Below, in pieces: positions 53,637 to 64,000 of a stretch of 64,000 nucleotides of DNA. The notes beneath the pieces were generated by a model. That model saw only the letters and a list, made by a program, of their open reading frames with translations, was not told the origin of the DNA and did not search any database. The stretch is from Eledone cirrhosa (Eukaryota). Each line of letters starts with the position of its first letter. The stretch's first letter is position 1. A program made the position numbers and the translations under genes. The stretch covers positions 271,808,001-271,872,000 of the forward strand of contig OZ024742.1 in assembly GCA_964016885.1 (NCBI GenBank). The letters are read 5' to 3'.

Positions 53637-53870
53637 ATCATCATCATCAGGTCGAGCTTGCTCGGCTTTCCACGACACGCTTCCTCCATCCATCTCTGTG
53701 TCTCATAGCGTTTGCCAGTTCTTCCGCAGTGCATCCAGTATCGTCCTCAAGTTGCTTGACGTATGTCTTCTTTGGAGGACCAGTGTTTCTAGCTCCATGA
53801 GATGGACGCCATAACAAGACATCACCTGCTATTTTTTCCTTGCTGCGCCAACAGTGGCCAGAAAATCTGA
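53637..53870 (-). mobile_element. RTE-clade LINE 3' end with (GAT)n tail
   Basis: RFSGHCWR..VLLW.PSHG.R..G.PKKTY..QL..D.G....L..AM..RDGWR then stop and gatgatgat. Confidence 0.8.
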
Positions 53871-53968
53871 CATGTATATACCAATACATACATCCAGACA
53901 TGAGAGCCCAAGTACGCATATAAACGTGTACACACATTCATTTACATAGATCTACACATATACACACA

Positions 53969-54127
<159 letters not shown>

Positions 54128-55561
54128 GCATATATACATACACACATACACACACACTTATATGTACAGACATGCAACATGCTTACATGCCCATTCATAC
54201 GTACATAAGTGCAGCCATGTACACGCATATACACATACACACACATGCATATACATATGCATATATACATATATGTATAGAAGTGGTTCCACAACAGTCA
54301 GTTCACCATTACCGACAACAATTGTTTCACCTTATTCAGATCATCAGCGATGGTCTGAATAGAGTGACACTAATGTTCTCGTTAATAGTGAAGTAACAGT
54401 TGTGGTCCTACTTCTATATATATATGAGTTATAATTGAGTTCAAATAGATTTCTTTCGCTTGCCTGTGTGTCTGATCCATGTATGGTTGTGAATTACTTG
54501 GTTCTCCTTGGGTTCTGCTTGACCACGTACCTGTTGAAGAGGTCGGCGTGGTGATGCCAACAGTTCATCACGATTTCAGGCCGCGCGTTTATACCATTTT
54601 TTTTTCAGTTTCGCTATGTCCACTTTTTCGAAAGGCATAACGGGCAGTGTCGGCCTCCTAAGTGGAGCGGGGATCCGGGTTTTTGTCTTATGATGTACCA
54701 TTCCGTTTTACAGCTGATGTTACCGTTCTTAAGCCACCATACTTGCTCAGACAGACTGGTTAGCAATATTTTATGCTGATGTCTGAAGGAACATGCATGG
54801 TTATAGAAACGGGATTTAAAATCTCAGCCGGTTGCACCTATGTATACATATGTTCTCCTGTTTTCCGCATGAATGGTGCGTCTGTGTACGATGCCGGAGA
54901 CCAAGTAGTTGTTTGAAAGCGGACACTCGATACGGGATCTGCAGTTGCACATCCGATACATGGGGGGGGGGTACAGGTGTCTGGTTGCTCTCTGTTGCCA
55001 TTTTGTGGAAGATATGTGGCGTTTTTGGTTGGTCGTTGTTCGTCATATTCGTTTGCAACCCGGAGTTGGTGGTTGGGTGCAGAGTCAGGGCTACTCTGGG
55101 ACGTGAATTTCCCGATCTTTTTTCACTTGATGGCCATTATCAAGCTCTCAATTTTCGGTGCTGTTTAGAAAGAGAACTTGACCATGTGCCTGTTCAAGAA
55201 CTGATAGTATCTATGTCTTGGGGCAAAGCACTAGTCAAGTGTCCTGAAGAATATTCCCGGGTGCTCGTACGGGAATGTGTAGACTAAGGCTTGTGAACCA
55301 GGTCACATGTCTATTGCGGAAACTTCTGTGCGTGGTGGGTGGCCTCTTTGTGGCGTTATATTAGGTAGACTGTGATGCGTTTGGACGTGCGTTGGGTGAA
55401 GTGGTCTGCCTGTCAGTCATGGCAGTACGGAGGTGTCTGTGTTATCCCCTTGATTGGTGTTAAGCTGCGGGTGAAGGGACTGGTTACTTTGGCTTCCATG
55501 GTGATGGCGGGATGGAATGCTCTCTAAGGGTCTGGTACTCCTACTCCTGGTTCCTTCTGAT

Positions 55562-55880
55562 AAAAAAGAGGCTTGTTTGCATAATTACAAAATAATTGAA
55601 TATTATTATTAACATTCGAAAAACTCAGATTAAATTTATTCAATTCAGCGATGTAGAGCGAATTCTTTTTTTAATATGGCAATGCCGGCCAGTAATCGCT
55701 CGTATACAGGAAACTGACTGGCCAGTCTGCTGATATGCAAATCTGACTGATCAGTGGATCTACTAATATGCAAATCAGGCCGATCAGTCACTGTATACTT
55801 TAGAACATATCATATATTTCCACTAGCTTAGACAGTTGGCAGGAAAACAATGAACTTTACTGAGAAAGGGTGATACCCAG
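55562..55880 (+). mobile_element. Rearranged partial copy of the MITE-like element at 59837-60382
   Basis: Right-TIR-like segment (55562-55663) followed by the internal segment (55684-55880), both alignable by eye. Confidence 0.75.
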
Positions 55881-56300
55881 ATCGAATCTTAAAGACATTT
55901 TTCAAAAGGATAGTACGTGGAAAGTGAAGGCGTTTTGGATTGAGGAAACGGGGGAAAAACAACATAGCTGAATGTACAGAAAAGAAATTTCTTAAAATCA
56001 AAGCATTCCCCATGATCGCCAGTGTTGGAGGCATTTGGGGCAGCGTGCAAAACTGCATTGTCCTAAAGAAACCGAAAAGGGTAACAGGACGATGATGATG
56101 ATGAATAATTGTTAATTATAAAAAAAAATACTATAGGAGCTTTTAAAACATCGGATAGCTATGGTGCTCGACCAGAGTAAAATAGAAATAAAAAGGTCCA
56201 TAAGTTTCAAAATAATTGAGAAATATGCGTTTAGAAAGTCATTTTTCGTCCTTTGTATATGAATATACTAAACTAAAGTTGCATGATGGGCATCTCTCCC

Positions 56301-56332
<32 letters not shown>

Positions 56333-56344
56333 CCTCTCTCTCTC

Positions 56345-56392
<48 letters not shown>

Positions 56393-56397
56393 TAGGA

Positions 56398-56512
56398 ACG
56401 AGTAGGACCCCGACGGCTGAGCTCAAGCCGTTTCGACGGCTAATTCTGGACTAGATATGTCCAGAATTAGCCGTCGAAACGGCTAGAGCTCAGCCGTCGG
56501 GGTCCTACTCGT
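56398..56512. repeat. Palindrome, 54-bp arms, 7-nt loop, between (TA)n tracts
   Basis: 56398-56451 is the reverse complement of 56459-56512 with 1 mismatch; related single-arm copy at ~62212-62256 and tail copy at ~57165-57236. Confidence 0.93.
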
Positions 56513-56595
56513 CCATATTACCTACTCTTCTACCCTAAGTATTGAGTACTTTGGTGCGTTATGGTCGACCTGGTTCCTTACCACATTTCCTTCGT

Positions 56596-56641
<46 letters not shown>

Positions 56642-56651
<10 letters not shown>

Positions 56652-57045
56652 TAAACGGAATAGAAAATGCTGACAAATTGTTCACAGTTGAAAAATGGTT
56701 TAATTAGGAATAAAAGAGTATTAGTGATTGTATGGGTTAGTATTCAGTTGTGGTTTTAAGTTTTTAAGTTTTTACCGGTTGCGCATTTCTAAATGCTTTT
56801 CAAAAATAATTTTGAGATAGAGTGTCCATGCTGTTTGCTCTGATCAGAGCAAACAGCATGGACACTCTATCTCAAAATTATTTTTGAAAAGCATTTAGAA
56901 ATGCGCAACCGGTAAAAACTTAAAAACTTAAAACCACAACTGAATACTAACCCATACAATCACTAATACTCTTTTATTCCTAATTAAACCATTTTTCAAC
57001 TGTGAACAATTTGTCAGCATTTTCTATTCCGTTTACCAATATATA
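56642..57045. repeat. Perfect spacer-less palindrome, 202-bp arms, centre TGA|TCA at 56843/56844
   Basis: Arms are reverse complements by direct reading; embedded in (TA)n. Confidence 0.95.
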
Positions 57046-57074
57046 ATAACTTGTGTGTTACACCTCCATTCTTT

Positions 57075-57125
<51 letters not shown>

Positions 57126-57127
<2 letters not shown>

Positions 57128-57156
57128 CACTTTGATCTTAGCCAAAAGACCTAGAA
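57126..57156 (-). pseudogene. U2 snRNA 5'-end fragment
   Basis: Minus strand TTCTAGGTCTTTTGGCTAAGATCAAAGTGTA vs U2 TTCTCGGCCTTTTGGCTAAGATCA(A)AGTGTA. Confidence 0.8.
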
Positions 57157-57236
57157 TTACACACGCTACTACGCTAAGTATCGAGTACTCCGATGCGTGA
57201 TGGTTTACCTGGTTCCTTACCAGACCTTCTTTGTTA

Positions 57237-57267
<31 letters not shown>

Positions 57268-57934
57268 CGCAGAAAAACGTGTATCATAAGAGTATAAGAG
57301 AAGAACTATGATCTAATATATTAGTTGCCAATAGCCGATGAGGTTTAAGGTATGGTTCCGGTGTAAACTTTCCTGTAAGTATTTCTCTGACAGAATAATT
57401 ATACCATTAATGGATGAATTCGTTTTGCTGTAGTACAGATTGCGCTTCCCTCCAGCGACATCCTTAAAGGCAATGATGTTTCTTCTCTGAGGATTCTAAG
57501 TGCATAATCTTTATATATATGCATACGCATATATATATATATATATATATAGGACCGTTATATTGTATTTATACCTTAGAAGAAACATTGTGTAAGAAGT
57601 AAATCTTATTTTTATATATATTGCTTTCTCTTCCAATTATTTTTGGTTATATAAATATATATATATATGTGTGTGGGGGGGGGGGGGATGTGTGAGTGTG
57701 TTTAAACAAGAAATGCAATTCAACAAGTTAAATTTAACTTTCTATATTCATATTTGCTTTTATATATACTTCTGCAATTACCATTATGCCACATCAGACA
57801 GCTAGAATAAAAATAAAAACAAAACAGAACGATGTAATAAAGTGTATTTCTGTTATGTCAATTTATTAGTATATGCTCAATAATGAAATATTGTGGTGTT
57901 TTCTCAAATGATGCATGATGGCTATTGTTATCTA

Positions 57935-58001
<67 letters not shown>

Positions 58002-58004
58002 CCT

Positions 58005-58670
58005 CGTCCCCACTGGACTTCCAGCTTAGAATACTATACGGTGCTCTACGCACCAACTTCTATAAGAAAACTGCCAGCAAAGATCTGTTTGTACATTATT
58101 GATCTGCCCTTCCCCTTTGTGCTAACACAGGATACGTCAGACAAGAACTTACATTTACCCGGAATAAATGCAGTAAGACAGAGGGCCAGATCACTCCCAC
58201 TGGACAACATAGATGTACTGAAGATAAACGGAAACCAAACATATTCAGTGAATCGACTTAAGAATCGAAGGCACTGCGGAAATAAGATCTCCTCTATCAC
58301 CTGCTTCATGAAAAGAGCCACTTTAGTGAACGCGTAACCACACCTATCAGCAGAGTAAACCGCAAAGACGGATTGGAAATATAATTGGGACACTCCGGCT
58401 GTTCACTCCGTGGATAAAACGTAATCCAAACGCAAGAACAACCATGGCTCGCTTACTAACAACTCTATCCGTGACACTGGTACGTGCTAACGCATTGAAT
58501 GCAGCAAAGGTAAGGAGTTTTATATTTGTAGCACTACTCGAGCCCTTCACACCCACATTAAACAACATCTCATACAAGGAAATTGATTCCATGAAATATA
58601 CCAACGGCAGAGGACATCATATTCGAGCTTATCGTGAACAAAATCACTTGAAAACGGTTAACAAAATTTA
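58005..58670 (+). pseudogene. Degenerate Penelope-like RT thumb + GIY-YIG fragment
   Basis: LDFQLRI..GALRTNFYKKTASKDLFVHY*SALP (FLD..YxK..H..S.HP-like) and YICSTTRALHTHIKQHL (YIGST.R.L..RI.EH-like) at ~58521. Confidence 0.65.
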
Positions 58671-59051
58671 AATATAAATTTAAATATATGTTTATTTCCG
58701 AAGAGAAGAAACCGGAACAATTTTCTCTGAGTTCATTATACTTTGATACGTGATTAAAAAAAATATAAAAGTGATATATATAATAGAAAGAGAGTTGTTC
58801 TGCTAGAGAAATGGTTGCAGCTGGTAGATTTGAATACGGCCACCAGATATGTTGGTTAAAGTGAAGGATATTCGTTCGGTTCGTTTGATGCACATCTAAT
58901 TAGTCGTAAAATAAGTAAGCCATTACTTTTACTCTGAGTACTGAGAGGATAAAAAAATGTGTTTTTTTTTTAATTGTCTTGAAATATTCAGGGAGGCATA
59001 TATTCGCTGTTTTACACCAATTCCATTAACATTTCTTCAGCAGCTTGACCA

Positions 59052-59251
59052 NNNNNNNNNNNNNNNNNNNNNNNNNNNNNNNNNNNNNNNNNNNNNNNNN
59101 NNNNNNNNNNNNNNNNNNNNNNNNNNNNNNNNNNNNNNNNNNNNNNNNNNNNNNNNNNNNNNNNNNNNNNNNNNNNNNNNNNNNNNNNNNNNNNNNNNNN
59201 NNNNNNNNNNNNNNNNNNNNNNNNNNNNNNNNNNNNNNNNNNNNNNNNNNN
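59052..59251. other. Assembly gap (200 N)
   Basis: Direct reading. Confidence 1.
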
Positions 59252-59274
59252 ATCAATTGTATTATGAAGCTTCG

Positions 59275-59830
59275 TATTCTTCTGAAACATGGCTGTTATG
59301 TAACACTTTTATCTGTTTATTCACCCATCCTACAAGCCAGTCAGGTGGTCCTTGATTCTTTCTATGAGTCACTTCATGGTGTCATTGCATGCACACCTGC
59401 TGACAATGAGTTATTACTTCTCGGTGGTTGTATTGCTCATGTGGGTAGTGATCATGAGACATTGGGTGCCCTCGGTTCATTTGGTATTGATAAAATGAAC
59501 ACCAGCGGCGTGAGGTTGCTTGAACTCTGCTCATAAATCAACTTAGCCATCTGCAACACGCTTTTCCGTCAGTAGCTCAAATACAAAGCTACCTGATATC
59601 AACCAAGATCCAATCATGGACACATGATTGATTTCATCATCATTCTTAAACGAGATCTAATTAATGTGTGTACAGTCCGTAGTGCAGAATGGGCCACTGG
59701 CCTCAAATCAGTGCCAGGAAATTTCAAGATAGGTACCCATAAAATAATTCGTATGGGTGGAGTGAAAGCACTAAAAGGCATTGATGTTACGAAACTTAGG
59801 CGAGTAGATGTGCGTGCAACCCTTACAGAG
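59275..59830 (+). mobile_element. Degenerate RTE-clade APE fragment
   Basis: SVYSP..DSFYESL..LLLLGG..AHVGSD..FGIDKMN..G.RLLELC..LAICNTLF..KAT*YQPRS..GHMIDFII. Confidence 0.75.
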
Positions 59831-59836
59831 GTTAAA

Positions 59837-60377
59837 AATTTCGCTCTACATGGCTGAGTACAATATAAGTAATCTGAGGTTTTCGAATAACAACATTCGA
59901 TTCGTTTGGAATTATGTAAAGAAGCCTAATATTTAAAGCCATGTCATTTTTTTTATTTGAATGTGTCAAAGCCGGCCATTTATCGCTCGTATACAGGAAA
60001 CTGACTGGCCAGTCTGCTGATATGCAAATCTGGTTGATCATTGGATCTGCTAATATGCAGATCTGACTGATCAGCTAGTCTGCTAATATGCAAATCAGGC
60101 CGATCAGTTACTGTATATTTTAGAAAATAGCATATATTTTCACTAGCTCTGACATTTGGCAGGTGAACAGGAAGCTGTACTGATGAAGGGTGATAGCCAG
60201 GAACATTAGTGTCTGCAGTTCTGTTTACAAGCCAAAACAAGAGCAATAATGAAGGGTTCATTATTCTGACGTGGCTTTAAAAATGAGGCTTATTTGCATA
60301 ATTGCAAACGAATCGATTGTTATTATTAATATTCGAAAAACTCAGAGTACATTTATTGTATTCAGCCATGTAGAGCG

Positions 60378-60382
<5 letters not shown>
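59837..60382. mobile_element. MITE-like non-autonomous element with ~110-115-bp imperfect terminal inverted repeats and internal ~30-bp tandem repeats
   Basis: 59837-59946 (aatttcgctctacatggctga...) is the inverse of 60267-60382 (...tcagccatgtagagcgaaatt); no coding capacity. Confidence 0.8.
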
Positions 60383-60461
<79 letters not shown>

Positions 60462-60611
60462 TTAACCAAACAGATGCGGGCGGACCACATTGTGATCTAT
60501 ATATATACATATATGTGTTGGAGATTTGAAATAGCGATGTATGTATGAATGTAGGTATTGTATATTTAATAATTGATCCTCCATTTGCCACAATGCAAGC
60601 AATTATGAAGT

Positions 60612-60657
60612 GTATTACTGGTACTATATTTTATCGACCGCGTAAGGATGAAAGGCA
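60612..60657 (-). mobile_element. Nin-domain SINE core remnant
   Basis: tactggtact..ttttatcgacc.cgtaaggatgaaaggca. Confidence 0.7.
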
Positions 60658-62147
60658 GAATAATATATTGTACGTTTATTTAAAAACATTTTGAGGGCCT
60701 TTCGCTATGACGTTAAGTTATATTATAATCCCTCTGTTCTTGTTGTGAGCTGGAATTTTATAGAATGTTAATTATTTGTTTCAATACGTGATTTCATATG
60801 AAAAAACTTCCAAAGCAATTTCATATAGCTATATACATATATGATATTCAGAAGATACTTTACTCTAAATATACCTTAAGATAAGCAATCAATCTTTCTC
60901 TCCAAAAGTGAAACACATTTGTTTTCCTGTTTACCTGGCGTTAATAAATCTTATTACGATCGCTGGCGTCTGAATATTATTGTTTTATCTGTTTCACATG
61001 GCAAAGTGCAATAATGTTCGACAACATACTTCGAAGTAATTAGAATGATAATCAGAATTCCGCCAACAAGGAACTTACGATATGTCATGAAAAATTGTCT
61101 GAGGACTTATTCTTTCCTTTAGAAAAACATTTTTGTTCAAAACATTACTCTATACATATGTACTCTGATATGCGTTAAATGAAAAATAGCGAACAATTTT
61201 AACATTACTATATTTGTGCTTATTGTTTATCTTTCGCTGACAAATTCATGCAACTGGTAATTTTCTGATAAAAATTATGATTTCATATTATAAATATTCT
61301 AAGCGTACTAATATATTTTCATTGACATTATCTTGAATCCGTTTGTTAAAAAATTAGATTTTCGTCTGCGTCTTTTATCTATAATAGTAGGCATGAATTA
61401 CTTAGTACAGAAATGTGATAATACTATTCGTCAATAACCTTTTTCCGCTACTCATTTATATATAATGCAACACGGGCACATACAGTTGGCCATTCAAATT
61501 GGTAGAAATATTAATCAATTCACCTTCTTCAAATACTCGCTCTCCTCAGTAAATGACACATTTGAAAATGTAGTCACGAGTAAAAAAACAAATGGAATTA
61601 AAATGGGATAGTAATGGCTCTGGAAGTAGAACTGGTAAATAATGTCTATCGTGTGGGGCGAGCAAGATCAACAGTTTAATTTCATATATATATAAGTTCT
61701 AAAGTACATAGAAACAGGAGAAGTATATGAGAAGGACTTTTCTTTTAGATTTATAATTCTTTAACAACTGTGTTTATATCATATTAAGATATGTTCATTT
61801 ATGTGTGTAGAAGTGAGCCAGAAGGTAATTATTAATTCATCTGTATTGTAAGCTCGTAACTCTTATATATGAGAAAAGATATCAACTGGCGCAGGAGAGA
61901 ATTTTCACAACTAAATATCGAAGTCTAAGGTAAGTGGGTTTTAAAACGTAAGATGAAATGTTATAGCTTCAAATTTGCATTGGCCGTGACACTAACGAGT
62001 GCTTGGAAGCTAGATTTCAAGATTTTACTGGGACACAGATCAAAGGTTACCGTCTCAATCCGCTTCGAAGCACACACGCACACACACGCACACACCCATA
62101 TACACACACATACACACACATACATACGCACATAGACACAAATATAT

Positions 62148-62215
<68 letters not shown>

Positions 62216-62374
62216 AATAGCCGTCGAAACGGCTTGATCTCTGCTGTCGGGGTCTTACCATTTCCTATATATATATATATATATATAATTATGTATATAT
62301 ATATATATATGTATGTGTGTGTATATATATGATTATGTGTGCGTTTGTGTGAGTATTTGTGTATATACATTCAA

Positions 62375-62405
<31 letters not shown>

Positions 62406-62893
62406 CAGAGAAAGAAACAAATTATTTATGTGTTGTGTGTTTGTATGTCCTTGTAAAAGGTGCCCCATTCTATACACGTTAAGGGTATACATTTCAAGTA
62501 ATTGTAGCATGGAATAATGTTGAGATAAATCATTGTATATTATGCCATAAAAGCTATATTTTATGTAAATAACAGATCAACTCCAATGAAGCATCATGAG
62601 TATTCAGAGTTAGCTTCTTTTTAAGCTCTATCTACTCCATTGATCAAGTAGATGAAAATAACCGCAGGGCTTTACGGGGATCTATTATCTATTAGGACTG
62701 CTAAATGTACAGTACAGGACGTGAATGGCATACTTGAGAATTTTTATAGCAGTAGCAATGGTGCTAAAGGGAATATATGTTCAATAAATCGATAATTTTG
62801 GAACAGAGGTACACAGTGTAAATACGCGAGTGTGTCTGTCTGCATACATATTGTGCTAAATAAGAATTTTAACTACAAGAACATTGTTATCTG

Positions 62894-63024
62894 TCTTCTT
62901 CTTCTTCTTCTTCTTCTTCTTCTTCTTCTTCTTCTTCTTCTTCTTCTTCTTCTTCTTCTTCTTCTTCTTCTTCTTCTCCCCCCTCTTCTTCTTCTTCCTC
63001 TTTTTCTCCCCTCTTCTTCTTCTT

Positions 63025-63096
<72 letters not shown>
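62894..63096. repeat. Compound (CTT)n-(ATT)n microsatellite
   Basis: Direct reading; another (CTT)n at ~63940-64000. Confidence 0.97.
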
Positions 63097-63097
<1 letters not shown>

Positions 63098-63554
63098 CGA
63101 TTGCAGGTGCTGTTGTTTCAGTTATTGTCGTACTTGCTATCATTGCTGTTGCCTTTCTTGTTGTAGATGCTGCTGTCATTGTTGTTGTATTCACTGGTTT
63201 TCGTTTATATGTTGTCGTAGAGGTGGTGGAGGTTATTGCTACTTTTGTTATTGTAGTTCCTGAGATTTTTATTCGTTGTTGTTATTGGTCTTGTGGCTAT
63301 ACTTATTGCCATTGTTATCCAGTCTAGGGTAATAGCTGTAGTCAGTATTTAACGTTAAAAGACTGCCATATAAATGTTTATGACAACAATTGTTGCATTT
63401 TTTGTTTCCGTTATTTCAGTTTTTTATCGATATTACTACACACTTTCTTTGTGAATGATGTTACTTTGCCTGCCACTATTAATGTTGTTGCCACTGATTA
63501 TCATTCTACTGATACTTCCGAAGGTACGCACCCTATAATGCTGACGATAATGTA

Positions 63555-63700
63555 GCGAATTGGTAAAGCAATTACAGCGTTGGATCAAGTGAAATCCGTG
63601 TTTTCCGGGTAACTACGTTCTGAGTTCAATTCATGCCGAGTTCAACATGATTTTCATTAATTCGAAGTCGATAAACATAGTACTAGTACAGTACTAGATT
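63555..63700 (+). mobile_element. Old diverged Nin-type SINE remnant
   Basis: gttctgagttcaattcatgccgag..ttttcatt..ttcgaagtcgataaa..agtactagt resembles a B-box plus Nin core. Confidence 0.5.
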
Positions 63701-64000
63701 GGTTATTTCGCCTTCACTCTTGAGCAATTTATCTCACTCTTTCTTCTTCTCTGAGAGGCGAAATATTGGCTCCAATAGTTTTTCAATGTGTACAAGACAT
63801 GTACCATGATAGCATCATCTCTAAACGTATGCCCATTACTTTCCTTTCTTGATTTTCGTAACGATATTCTTGAGGTTAATTCCGATGTTAAAGATCCGTT
63901 TGGCATTGACGATAACCATTATAAGGGTAGTGTCATTATTTCTTCTTCTTCTTCTTCTTCTTCTTCTTCTTCTTCTTCTTCTTTTTCTCTTCTTCTTCTT

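Noticed and set aside
54400-55530. Possible decayed gag/ORF1-like sequence on the minus strand
   Set aside because: Cys/His spacing too degraded to assign
63703-63906. 67-aa minus-strand ORF
   Set aside because: Short, no motif, length expected by chance

Overview
AT-rich, repeat-saturated eukaryotic DNA, most likely from an octopod cephalopod (inferred from a tRNA-derived Nin-domain SINE and the long (TA)n tracts). I can support no host protein-coding gene. The centre (~9.2-47.1 kb) is a nested graveyard of two non-LTR retrotransposon groups: five R4/Dong-like elements (RT plus restriction-like endonuclease) and seven Tx1/L1-like pieces (APE-RT), two of the latter full length. Their intact 3' ends sit in (AAT/ATT)n tracts, the two groups are always antiparallel, and the polarity flips once near 19-20 kb. 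The flanks (0-9.2 kb and 47-64 kb) are (TA)n-rich. They hold Penelope-like (PLE) GIY-YIG/RT remnants, about ten minimal type-I hammerhead-ribozyme-like motifs, and three near-perfect fold-back palindromes built from hammerhead-like units. Also present: RTE fragments, a long-TIR MITE-like element carrying octamer motifs, a tandem SINE triplet with a reiterated target site, a U2 snRNA 5' fragment and a 200-N gap. All calls are by-eye motif recognition, element boundaries are approximate, and no searches were run.
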